Positions 52,131-64,000 of a stretch of 64,000 nt of DNA are shown one piece after another. The stretch is from Hemiscyllium ocellatum (Eukaryota), in the NCBI RefSeq assembly GCF_020745735.1, contig NC_083418.1:48005776-48069775 (forward strand). Direction: 5' to 3'. The position numbers and the translations under genes are program-made. How positions within the stretch are numbered: position 1 is the stretch's first letter; each line of letters begins with the position of its first letter. The notes beneath the pieces were generated by a model, which saw nothing but the letters and a program-made list of their open reading frames with translations, was not told the DNA's origin and did not search any database.

Positions 52131-53810
52131 TTCTGACCTTATGATGGAAGGAAGGTAATTGATGAAGTAGCTGAAGATGGCTGGGATTAGGACACCACTC
52201 TAAGGTACTCCTGAGAGGTCCTGGAACTCAGATGAGTGACCTCCACAACCACAACCATCTTTTACATGTCTAGTATAAATCCAACCAGCGGACAGATTTC
52301 TCCCAATTCTCATTGACTCTAGTTTTGCTACAGATCCTTGATGCTACGGTCAGTCAAATGTAGCCTTGATGTAAGGGCTGTCACTCTCGCCTCACCTCTG
52401 GAATTCAGTTCTTCAGTCAGGTTTAAACTAAGGCTGAATGAAGTCAGGGGCTGAGTGCCCCTGGGCATCACTGAGCAGGTTGTGGCTGTGTAGATGCTGC
52501 TGATAACACTGTTGATGATACTTTTTATCACTTTACTGACGATCGTGAATAAACTAAAGAGGCAATGCTTGGCTGTGTTTGATTGTCCTGCTTTTGTCTT
52601 TACAGTATGTACCTGGGTGTTTTTCCACATTGTCAAGTAGATACCAGTGTTGTAGCTTTACTGGAAGAGCTTGGCTTGGGGAGCAGCAAGTTTTGGAGAC
52701 AAATTCTTCAGTACTTTGCTGGAGTATTGTCTGGGCCCATAGCCTTTGCAGTCTCCAGTATAATTTTGTGATATTGATGGAGGCATAAATACTGAGCAGT
52801 AGACTGGGGTTAACTCACTATTCTTCTTTGAGAGGCCACAAGATATATTACGTTCACCTGAGAAAACATATGGGGCTTTTGTTTAAATGCCTCACCTGAA
52901 AAACTACACCTCCAACAATGGAGCACTCCCCTGGAATTTTGCACATAAATCTTTCAAGTGGGATTTAAACTCACAATCTTTGTCCTGAAGTCAACTGTAC
53001 TTCCAACTGAACTTTAAAAATAGAAAACATGCTAGTATTCAGTCTCAAGCTATATATAGTGCAAGCCAATAATTTTCCTTTTCTGCAGGGATCCTTAGAG
53101 GGTTATATTCAGAAACAATTCACCATCTTAACCCTTCTATTCTCCCATTTGGTCCCTTGGCTGATCAGTGATGATTTCACCAGAGGTGTAGCATGCTCCA
53201 TTTATAGCAATGAGAAAACTGACCATGAGCAAATTCAGACTGAAGTGGAAGAATGCCAGTGGGGACAGCAGGACAATAATAGGTAAGAATTGAAAGTATC
53301 GACTGTGGAGGCAAGCAGGCGCATACTGCCTATATCAAGTAATCACCTCTTGGGTCTCCCCCAGAAACATCCAGGCAATCTGAGAAGGCTTTCCATCCTC
53401 ACTCCTATCCTGCTTCCCCAACCTCAGTTTGCACTGAAGAAAAGGTAGCAAGATTTATTCCAAGTCCTACCTTCTGTCGATAAACAGGGATATAAGCTAG
53501 AATTTAAAAAATCAGCGGAGAAGGTTTTATTTGCCTTACGGCAAGAGAATATGTTAATATGAGGATATACAAAAAGACAAGGGTGTGGTGATGTTGGAGA
53601 GAGGGTGTATGTGAGAAATTGAACAAATTAAATTTCAATAAAATGCAAGTTTTTTTTTAGAAAAGGGACCCCTTAAATTTTTTGAATTGTGAAATATAAG
53701 TCTCTTTGGGTGAGCCCACCTGGTACAACTGAAATATTTGTTTTTCTAACAAGCCAGCACCTTTCCTTTAGCTGAAAATTACAGAAGACAAAGTATTGTT
53801 ATAATAGCAG

Positions 53811-53846
53811 TGACCTTTGCTGTCCTTGGAGTCTGCCGTGACCTTT
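53811..53846 (-). promoter_or_regulatory. Candidate nuclear-receptor element (DR4 plus a third half-site)
   Basis: TGACCT-ttgc-TGTCCT (53811-53826) and TGACCT (53839-53844). Confidence 0.35.
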
Positions 53847-54881
53847 CATCTCTGTTATCCCCAGTGGTCTCCACTAACAGCTCTCATGCTCCATCCTGCT
53901 AAGCTGAATTCCAATTCCTCATAAAGCCCTTTCCTCTCAAAACAAAGCCAATTTCTACACCAAGGTGGGAGAGAAACACAAGTGCATTGTTCTCCGCAGA
54001 TGGGAAGTGGGAGTTACCACAGCAACTGGCCTAATCCCCTCTTTTTACCACCTTTTAGCCAGCCAATCAAGTACGTCACCTTTAAATTATGTGCTTGAAT
54101 ACCGGTGGCCTATCTGGATGCTTTAATTAGCTGTGATTTTTTTTGTGTGTAACACATACAACATGATGGGCTAATCGAAATTTGCAAAATAATGACGTAC
54201 CTCCACAAAATATTCCTCCTCCCGAGGCCCAGTCTAAGGAGAGAAAAAAACAATAATGAGACCATTATTAAGAGAGGGCATTAAAATGCTGGTCTACCAT
54301 TAAACACAGAACTTAATTGTTCTGGCCTTGTCCACACAATCAACAACCTATTGTTTAACAGTTGAAAAAATAAACGATTGGAGAATGGGTACCATAATGA
54401 TCAGTCTGTGCTGCCATACACGCACCATCCAGAACTGTCAACAGGGGCTATTACAGAATCTCTTGACAGACAGTCACTTTTTGTCAGAAAAGGTAATTTA
54501 AACAGCAATGTCTGGGAGCTGCTAAAACAAGCCTTTGTTTGTTGTTTTATTATTGTTCAGAAACAGCTAATAGAGAAGAGGACAGAAGAAAAACGGGAGA
54601 AAAGGAGACATAGAGAGAGGGAGGGGGTAAGACATTTTTGCATTGTGGTGTTATCAATAGGATATGCTGCAAATTCCCACCATTGATGACACTCTTTAAT
54701 AGAGAGAATTGGAGTCAGAGAGAACTGAAGCATCTGAGACCCAGATTTTCGTGGCTTTTGTGATCTGTCATTGGATCTCCTCACAAACTAAATGCATGGG
54801 CTGAATCCCCTCGCAGTTAGCAATGGGAATTAAATTTCCATCAGGTCTTGATTGAAGATAGTAAAAAATATGTTTAAAAGG

Positions 54882-54886
54882 AGAGA

Positions 54887-54917
<31 letters not shown>
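54882..54917. repeat. (GA)n microsatellite
   Basis: Directly visible. Confidence 0.95.
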
Positions 54918-56164
54918 CCATGTGCTGATGTCACCGATCTCTGTTTATGGACCGTGCCCTAAGATCAATAATTACATAAAAAATATCAAGGCAGAAGCAG
55001 GACGGAATACAGTGATAAAGTGAGAGAAAGAAGGAGGAAGAGGCAGATTGTATTAAATGGACCTCCCTTGTTGTCAAGAGTTCACAACATGCTCCATTTA
55101 TCTTCATCTAGTCAAACAAAATTAATTAAGAATCTGACTGTTACGTACTTTCTCTTTTTATTACATCAAATAATGTCAGATATCTTGAGGGGCATGAGAG
55201 AAATCGAAAATCTCTTGCTGCCGAGATTTATTCAGAGCCTACCTGAGAAACAGATAACCTGTCTTAATTATTTTTACATCATATCTAAAGATATGACAGC
55301 TATGACAAGGTTTGAATTTTTGCATTTAGTAAAAAGTACATCCTCAAATTAATTACTATTCTCTTCTATATTTAGTTGTAAATTATTAGAAATACCTGTG
55401 GTAAAGGATATTTTACATATTTGCTTAATTCACTTATTGTGTATTTGGGAAAAATGATTTGATAACAGGGACTTTTTTCTGTCAGACTGTTCAAATCATT
55501 AATCCTATTTTCTTGATTCCAATTTGAATTGGTCTTTGTAAAAACCTCAAGGAAACATTTCCTATTTTGCCATCCAGTTGACCTTGCTCCACAGTTCTAA
55601 ACTGCATAACTTTCCTTATTGATCAAATGCTTGTTTAAAGTTACTTCCACTTTGTTGAAATGGTTGATGCAATATATTGGAATATTTCAACATGCAAGTG
55701 AAACAAGCTAACAAAAGGTAGACTGTCCCATTACTGAATTTACATTATCTTGTTGGATACTTTGCCCTTTAATACACAGTTGCATAAAAACCTTTTGGAA
55801 AAGTTTCCTTTTTTGCAATATTTACTCTGTGCAATAAAAAACCCAAAACATCCCAAAATTCTCAAATTGATTAAGGATGGAAAGGTTTCCAGTCAGACTA
55901 TGGGCAGAATTCAGTTTTTTTTCTGGGATCCCACACTGGTTTTATTAGCTTTCATGGATTTCTAGCAGGGGATTTTGGATGGATCTCTTGTTGGCCTCTT
56001 CTACATAGAGTGGGCAAGCCCAGAAGAGTTCTCAGACTTTTCCTGAAAATTTTGTACCCTTATTTGGCAACAGTGGAGTTCAGGCCAGTTGATAGTTGGT
56101 GAGAATCCTCTGCAGATTTAAAGGGGTCTCAAAATTTGACTAAGGAAATCATCTTACAAGCAAT

Positions 56165-56372
56165 TAGTTATGGTCACTGTTGGTATGTAGGAAAAATGAC
56201 ATTGAAGTTCCACACAGAAAGATCTCACAAACTGCACTAAGGTAATGGCTACATAATCTGCTTCAATGATGGGTTGTTTGAGCGATAAATGTTGACTCGG
56301 GTAAACCCTCTTGCTCTTTTTTGAAATTGTATCACAGGATCTTTTATGTTCACCCAGTAAAGCATAGGCACC
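56165..56372 (-). mobile_element. SacSINE1-like fragment
   Basis: gtcactgttggtatgtaggaaa...ggatcttttatgttcaccc matches the other copies. Confidence 0.5.
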
Positions 56373-56930
56373 AGCTAGTAGACCAAGGGTCACTAAAGGA
56401 AAGCTTGAGAAACATTCAAACCCTTACAGATGATTGCATGACTTATCTGGTGTTATCTGGCAGTTTCTGTTACATCCCCCATAAATTTTCAACTGGTTTC
56501 TGTGGAAAATGGACAGTGGGATTATAGAAGGCCTGGGAATGAAAATACTTTGGCTACATCTGAAGCAGGGATCAATTTTAACTTCCATCGCCACCCATTG
56601 CTCAAATGAATTAGGACTGACGTCCCTGAGTCAATATGTCAAGAGGATTCTTCTGAATGAGATATTATTTGTGCAGTCACTGGGACCAGTGGTATAAGGA
56701 AGAGCAACCTGCAAAAGGTGGATTTTTATTTTACATACTTTAAGAAGCAAATGTAATAAAAATAGTTGGGCGTAATACAAAATTAGCTCAAAGTAGGAAT
56801 TCCTCCCCAGACCTAGGGACTGGATGGACTGTCCTCAAGTAATGAGTTGGAAATTCACCAGAGTCCTTAGGATTTTGATATTATTCTCTGGGGATCCCAG
56901 AAAGTGTGGAAATATTATCAACGTCCTCAA

Positions 56931-57243
56931 GACGGTGGCACAGTGGTTAGCACTGCTGCCTCACAGCGCCTGTAGACCCGGGTTCAATTCCCGACTCAGG
57001 CGACTGACTGTGTGGAGTTTGCACGTTCTCCCCGTGTCTGCGTGGGTTTCCTCCGGGTGCTCCGGTTTCCTCCCACAGTCCAAAGATGTGCGGGTCAGGT
57101 GAATTGGCCAAGCTAAATTGCCCGTAGTGTTAGGTAAGGGATAAATGTAGGGGTATGGGTGGGTTGCGCTTCGGCGGGTCGGTGTGGACTTGTTGGGCCG
57201 AAGGGCCTGTTTCCACACTGTAAGTCTAAGTCTAAGTCTAAGA
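56931..57243 (+). mobile_element. Young full-length HE1-type V-SINE
   Basis: A box TGGCACAGTGG, B box GGTTCAATTCC, V-domain, CR1-like 3' end, (taagtc)n tail, CpGs retained. Confidence 0.95.
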
Positions 57244-57439
57244 TCATATCAATATTCATGAAAGGTCTTCAGGAGTAGATCAGGTTTTTCATGGTTTTCT
57301 CAGTAACATTTAAAAAGGGTCCCTGTGATGGAGCAATGTTTTCTGAAGACTCACAGCATTGTGTTGATATTAGAAAGTGGTGTCAGATATTGTTAATGCT
57401 CTCAGGGGTCCTTTGGGAATGAACTAATAGTTGGTTGGG

Positions 57440-58308
57440 AAGGTATTGGTAACTATAAATATATGGTCCAAGACCCAAATTAATTAGTCAGAAAGTCACA
57501 GAGATATATAGCACAGAAACAGACCCTTCGGTCCAACACGTCCATGCTGACCAGCTATCCTAAATTAATCTAGTCCCATTTGCCAGCACTTGCTCCATAT
57601 CCCTCTACACCATTCCAATTCATGTACCCATGCCTATTAAATGTTATAATTGTACCAACCTCCACCACTTCCTCTCTCAGCTCATTCCATATACGCACCA
57701 CCCACTGCATGAAAAGGTTAACCCTTAGGTCCCTTTGAAATCTTTCCCCTCTCATCCTAAACTTATGCCCTCTAGTTCTGGACTCCCCCAAACCAGGGAA
57801 AAGTCTATTCACCCTATCCATGCCCCTCATGATTTTATAAACCTCGGTAAGGTCACTCCTCAGCCTCCGACACTTCAGAGAAAACAGCCCCAGCCTATTC
57901 AGCCTCTCTCTATAGCTCAAACTCTCCAACTCTGACAACATTCTTGTAAAACTTTTCTGAACCCTTTCAAGTTTCACAACAGCCTTCCTGGAGGAGGGAG
58001 ATACTCTGAAGACAGGAGCTCAAACCCTACCAGTGAGTTATATTCAATAATTAAAATCAATTTGGAATTCTAAGCTCATTCCCAGAAACATTAACCATGA
58101 AACTGTCATCATTTGTGGTTCATCAATGTTCTTAGGATCAGGAAATGAAGGAAATTTCCCATTCTTATCTGATCTGGCCAACATGTGACTCCATACCCAT
58201 AGCAAAGAGACTAATTAACTCTTAACTGCTCCAAAGGGGAATTAGGGACTAACAACAAATTTAGAAATGCCACTGATGGCCACATCCATGAAGAAATGAG
58301 AATAAAAG
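57440..58308 (+). mobile_element. tRNA-head/LINE-tail SINE split by a CR1
   Basis: Head at ~57440-57490; resumes atactctgaagacaggagctcaaaccctacc at 58002; tail ccacatccatgaagaaatgagaataaaa. Confidence 0.5.
57493..58000 (-). mobile_element. HER1/CR1 3' fragment
   Basis: ORF 57570-57977 KLERVQKSFTRML...RRLRSDLTEVYKIM. Confidence 0.93.
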
Positions 58309-58641
58309 GTGCAAAGCAATTTCTTAGCAGTGAGGCAATCTTAAAGGAGTTATCAACCGAGGGGCACGATCTGGTTAGCTCAGTTGGTTTAACAGCTAGT
58401 CTGTGGCACAGATTATTGCCAACAGGGTCTGCCTTGTCACCCAACCTCAAAAAAATGAAATGGTACTTTGCTGTGGTTCAATAAACACTCGTTAATAACC
58501 TGCCTGTAGGCAATAAATTGAAGAAGAAACAAGCTTTGCAAAATATTGTTTTAAGTACTTGAACCACTGATTATTTATTAATCAGTGATCTTTATTAAAC
58601 ATATACATACTCTTTTCAATTTTTGATAAACATTGCAGCTA

Positions 58642-58780
58642 ATATAAAAGCAAATTACTGCGGATGCTAGAACCTGAAACCAAAAGAGAAATTGCTGGAA
58701 AATCTCAGCAAGTCTGGCAGCATCTGTAAGGAGAGAAAAGAGCTGACATTTTGAGTCTAACTGATCCTTTGTCAAAACTA
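58642..58780 (-). mobile_element. Penelope-like repeat arm with U3-A8 hammerhead variant
   Basis: Minus strand AGTT-TTGACAA-A-GGATC-AGTTA-GACTC-AAAA-TG-TC-AGCT. Confidence 0.7.
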
Positions 58781-61700
58781 AAATAGCTGATATAGCCTAT
58801 TACACAATTTCGGCAATAAGTATCTTCAGACAGTGACTGCAGTTCATGACAAATCTGAAACTCTTGCTTGTGTTGCAGTCTCAAGGCATCCTCCCACCCA
58901 ATTTTATTCATCATGCATGTTCAGAGCAGAAAGCAATAAAAGTAAGAAATAACCCCATTCTTTAATTACAGTTTAAGTAGCTAGAACCCACATCAACAGC
59001 CAAATAAACGATGCGAAAAAAAAGAAATCTCAGTTTAATCTCAATCTGATCACCCAGTCTTTCTCACTCCAATCACAGCCTTGTGTGTGAGATCTTTCTG
59101 CCGGCATTTCTCATTTAATTAAAGTAGACGTTGACAGAAGGACATGGATTAGGCCTGTAATGATGCATTTACTTAGATTAAACGGAGTCTCCTTTTGGAG
59201 TAATAGCTCAAACAAAGAACAAAAGGAAATTGTTATGAAACAGCCTTTTATCCTAGGCAAAGGTCACATTGTAAGGTTTTTAATTTTGTCAGCCGCTGTT
59301 AATCTGGTCTACGCTGATGGAACACGAGAAGCGCATTTCAAAGCCAGTTATCATAATACAGCCATTAAACCTGCAAATTAAAATGTCTGATTTTACACAG
59401 GTTGCTTGGATTCAAAACCTCTAATTAGCATGTGGTGCGGAGTTTTTTTGTGTGAGGAGAGAGGGGCTGAGGGAAATGCTAATGACTTGCTGCCAGGTGA
59501 CCATTACGCTCTGTGTGTTAAAAAGGGAAACCTCTGAACCAAGCTGAACACTTTAAAAGATGTCACTTTTTCCACTCATTTCACCCTGTTATTCTTCCTC
59601 CCTAACAGCACTAACTACTATTAAAAGTCTCCTAAAAAAAAGCAAAGATTGTGGAGGGAAGGAGGCATCAGCCAGAATCAAGAAAAGGCTGAAAGATCAT
59701 GTTCATAGGGAAGGATGGAAAGACAAGTTCACTGGTTCGTACATTAAATAGAAGCAGGGAAAAGAACAGGCCAGGAGTGAACATGGGCAGCATACGCCAG
59801 CATAATCTGGATGGAGAACGGAACTGGGGTGAGGAGGAGGAATAACAAGGACACATGGTGTGTGGAGCAACTTGTGCTCAGGAAAAGAGGAGAGTTAGGA
59901 GTTAAGGGAAGATGAAATAAGGTGGTGCTTAGAGGTGAAACAGCAGAATGAGAAAGATCAAGAGAAGGGTAAACAAAGTTGCATTGAGGGGACAGAAAGA
60001 GGTGAGAGGAAAAGAGGACTGAGCAGAATCACAATGAAAGGACACAGAGAGCCGAAATTGGCACCGTAAATCTGGCAAGGTATTTATGATAGCCTTTTAC
60101 TTTATAGCTGCCATCTTTATTTCCAGTACTTGTGGGAAATTAACTGCACATGTGTACAATTCAATATGAACACCATTCCATAGACATCTGATGCCTTGAG
60201 AAATGGATGGCACAGTGTAGGTAATGAATCATATGGAACAGGTTTGTTTTCTGGCCTATGCTGAGCTGATCAATCTCAAGAGAGTTCTGCAAGTGCATAG
60301 TTGGCTTTGGCACACCTTTCCTAAGGCAAAAAAGGTCAACCAAGGTTCCTACTTCAACCATCATACACTATCATGAAATGCATAAATGTGGAGATCAGCT
60401 GACAACTAGTTTATCTGTGATAACTCCAGCAGTTGAATAATCTGCTACTAAGTGTTTGAGCACATTTAAAAAAATGTATCCAGGTATGAAAAACTCTTAT
60501 AACTAGTCAGCATCCATGAAATTATATCCCAGCAATAGCCAGAACCACAATTAGAGGAATTAAGAATGTAGAAGTAATTAAATATGTATAAAACAGCACC
60601 CGGATCTTTTGCATTGTATACTGGTAATTTCCCACGCTGTTGCAGACAGTAATTAAGGTGCTAAACTCTTTTTTTCAAGAGTAGAAGTGTTATATCATGT
60701 AATGCATAAGGTGTGTAATTCTTCTGAGCTGCAACGGAGACTTTTTAAGAATAGAGTTTAATTATTGTCAGGCAAATAGAGGCACATGTTATTCAGCTTT
60801 TAATTGGTGTTTGTCCATGCAGATTATCATGTGCTCATCAATCTCAGATTGCATATGAGAAGTACACATTAGAAGCACCTAGCTCTTTAAGATTATTTTG
60901 TGTGTATAACGATGCATGATGTATGACGTTTGGAGTGTAAGGTCAGCATTTTTCCACTGTTGCCACTTTCATATAAGTGTCATATGGTGTTGCTCGCAAT
61001 AGGGCAGGGGTGACATTTTGTGTCATTGCAAATGTAATATTTTAATAAAATACAGGTCTTGACGTCTCAAGGAAACACAGACTGATTGTTAATAAGCAAA
61101 AACATGATCAGATCAGAAAATGTTTAACTGTTGCTTGGTAGGAATATTTGTTAACTATAAAAGGCCTGTTCCTTTTTTGGCTCAGGTCAAGATTTCCCCA
61201 CCTTCAGTACGGGTTGTTCTTTTTTTCTCTCTTCTTACAGTTTGTACTTGTAACAGAGTGTGTGACACTTGGTCCACACTGCAGCATTGATTTTATGTTA
61301 CAAGTGGAACTCCTGTGGTATTGGTCACAATAAACTGGATTGATATTCTGTTTGGAATGACATACTCTGTGGTGCCTTGTCCCTTTAAGAGTGAGGCTTA
61401 TAGTTATTATTTTGGCTCCCTATCCTTCTGACTGATGTTACAAATCCTCCTTGAGTGCAGTCAATGAACTATAGTGAGGCCTCCTGAAATTCACTCTTTT
61501 ATCACACAAACACTTCCTCACCAAACAACAAGCCAGCTGAGATCAGGAGCTCACCTGGTAAAAAGTGATGGCTGCTACTCAACATCTCATTATCACTGAA
61601 CTGCTAACAAGATTGGATTTGGGTATTTTCGAGTGAAAAATGAGTCTATGTTTGCTGGTGTAACAGTTAGGAGTTGAATCTATGAAGCCCACTTGAAATT

Positions 61701-61920
61701 GACATATACTAAATCGACACAGGCTCAGAAAAGTAACATGACAGCTTCAAGCAATTCTGTTCTGTGTCAATATATACACAGGGGACATGAAGTAGCCCAC
61801 AACCCCCTTCACTGTGCTCCCTCCAACCTCCAATCATTTGCCCCTCACACAGCCACCATTCTATTTCATCTTATATCTCTACTAATAAATGTAAATAAAA
61901 GAAATTGGCCAGTGCTCTAT

Positions 61921-61977
61921 GGTAAAGGTTAATTACACATTGGTAAAGGTTAATTACACAACGGTAAAGGTTAATTA
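61921..61977. repeat. 21-bp tandem repeat, 2.7 copies
   Basis: ggtaaaggttaattacacatt / ggtaaaggttaattacacaac / ggtaaaggttaatta. Confidence 0.95.
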
Positions 61978-63713
61978 TGGTGCTTTTATTTTATGAGTGT
62001 GAAACACCCGTAACTGACAGGTGATGAAATCATGCACAATGTCTTTCTGACTGATCTAACCCCAGCAATCAGCTTCTAATGATGTCAGTTTGAGTTTGCT
62101 GTGTGTCACTTTGTGACTCGCTGCTGTTTGAAACATGGCACCATGCTGGTTTGAAACGAACAAGCTATTACTCGGCCCTGGATACAATGCAGCTAAGACA
62201 TTGCTATGTGTGCATGGCACATCATTTTTGTGTTACATTGCGGTGAATCGTATACTATGGAAGTAACCCCCTGAACTAGAAAACATCTTGAGTAACTAAT
62301 CACATTTATCATTAATGAATTTCCAAACCAATGATGGCTTGGACTGCAAGCTTTGTAGGAGCTTTACTGCACAGTAAATTATTTCGCAGTTTAAAAAGGA
62401 ATGCAATGTCTGAGGGTGCAAACAATGTAATCAATAACTGCATCTTCTCTTAAAATATTTGGAGTTAGTTTTGACTTTGGGCTGCCCATTATACATTATC
62501 AATACAGATACACAACTACCTGATCTAAATTCATACATTGTATTTACATCATTACTCAAAGTCAAAATTACACCATTGGAATTTAAACTAAAGAATAAAA
62601 CTGTGTTATACAAGTATTTCCTGTTAGCCCATGTTGACAGCTGTTGGAGCTAAATATTCAGAAAACTGTTTCTGGCTCTTCCCAAAGGTGGACCCAGTTG
62701 AAAATTAGCCAGTAAAGCCATTATATTCATCAGATCACTTTAACTAAAGAGACAGCAGATGGGGGAAAAAACTTATTTCAGAAACCAAATTGCTAGTTAT
62801 GTATATTTCAGAATTGGTGCAGTTACAGCATATTGTTACTTTGTATTATTTTGCTTCTGTAGTGTTAATGCAGATAAACCCTTTTCAACTATTCTACTTC
62901 ATGTGAATATTGTAGAAACCACAGAAACAATGTAACTGGAGCCATATAGATAGGGGGTTAGGAAAGTTCTTGCTAAAACTGAAGTATCATTAAAAGAAAA
63001 GCCTAACATTTTCTCCGACCCATTCAATCAGCTTCTGACAGTATAAAAGATGAAAGTACAGTAAATCTGCTCATATGGTGGTGGACATTGTCTCCATATT
63101 TCTATCCATTTCCCTCAGAGAATTCCCTTCTTTTCCTTCAAATTCTGTTAATTCCCAAGCATTTATCTTTCTATTATTCTATTGGCATTTCAGACCAAAC
63201 TTAAGGGATGAATTTATTCTGTTACATTTATAACAAAGCTTTCAGAAGCAATTCCTCTTTGCAAAATATGCGTTAATATTTCAATGGGTTAGTGTATGCA
63301 TCAAATTTGAAGATTAACGGAACCTGCCACTAATGGAGTAATATGATCATTGGAAGTAATATTAAGATCAATTTGCCCAGAAAGATCCTTGGATTGTACA
63401 TCTGGGAAAGCACCTTGACATGAACCTGATAGCTTTCCTTTGTCCACACCCCAGTTTTGGAACATTTTCATCATCACCTCATGGCAGATGCAGCCGTTGG
63501 CTGAACTCACCTTCTTGGAAAATTGCGAGCAACAACCTGACAGCATCATATCAGTCCAAGATTCATCGACCAAGCAGACTGTTTTACTTTGCAATCAGTA
63601 CCAGACCTGCATGGAAAGTGAATTCCTAGTCCTAAAATGATGTAAAACATCTGCTTATATCAGCATTGATCTTGACGTTATGTTCCTAATTAAGTGCTAA
63701 AAGGAATCTTACA

Positions 63714-63930
63714 CAGGGCAGAAGCTCATAAGGGTGAGATGTGGGGCAGAATCAGATGAAAATCCCAAAGATGCCATTTAGACTTTGGGGGCAACTCATG
63801 CCATCTTTTATGATTTCCACAAGCTGCATTGGGAGTTTCTCACTAGGCTATAGTGAGGTGCCAGTTAAGGGGAATTAGTGCTTGCCAAGCACCTTTTGAT
63901 GCCACATTTTGCATCATTAATAGTCAGCTT
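63714..63930. mobile_element. Degenerate MITE-like repeat (left part)
   Basis: Starts agggcagaag and is GC-richer; reverse-complement-like to the end of 270-886. Confidence 0.3.
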
Positions 63931-64000
63931 CTTACCTTACCATACCTATCATACAAGGTAGACATCAAGAAAACCTGACAAGAGAAGCAGAACATTTAAC

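Larger units (their letters stand above)
50283..52760 (-). mobile_element. CR1/L2-group LINE fragment split by a HER1/CR1
   Basis: SLSIIDKVQVRSVMEYTPL (50577-51077); SKVIKSIINS...ELNSRGEARVTAL (52328-52636); ccactt|tctgacc rejoins across the insert. Confidence 0.8.
50095..53012 (-). mobile_element. SacSINE1/DeuSINE-like SINE split in two (50095-50278 and 52765-53012)
   Basis: Tail half and Deu/head half sit on either side of the LINE and rejoin colinearly with the 15790-16122 copy. Confidence 0.6.

Noticed and set aside
56931-57005. tRNA gene
   Set aside because: It is the tRNA-derived head of a SINE, continuing into the V-domain and LINE-like tail.
61921-61977. CRISPR-like repeat
   Set aside because: Head-to-tail tandem with no unique spacers, vertebrate context, no cas genes.

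Overview
AT-rich vertebrate genomic DNA. The repeat content (HE1-type V-SINEs, HER1/CR1 LINEs with (CTATGACT)n tails, SacSINE1/DeuSINE-like relics) points to a cartilaginous fish, most likely a shark. There is no intact long protein-coding gene: nearly all listed ORFs are retroelement fragments, spurious, or read through the N-gap. Main content: (1) a decayed two-LTR Gmr1-like Gypsy element (19887-25896, minus strand, TAAC target-site duplication) with SCAN-like gag, protease and integrase but no RT/RNase H; (2) many CR1/L2 LINE fragments and SINEs, often nested 3-4 layers deep; (3) about a dozen short, often palindromic Penelope-like terminal-repeat elements carrying minimal type-I hammerhead ribozyme motifs, one with an intact core (2031-2065) and one with a U3-A8 core covariant (58741-58779); (4) a TE-poor promoter-like region (~30.6-33.5 kb) with a candidate minus-strand first exon that could splice in frame to a 38-nt micro-exon at 10456-10493, plus several blocks that look like conserved enhancers. 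I could not identify the host gene. All calls are by eye; no searches were run and repeat boundaries are approximate unless a TSD is given.
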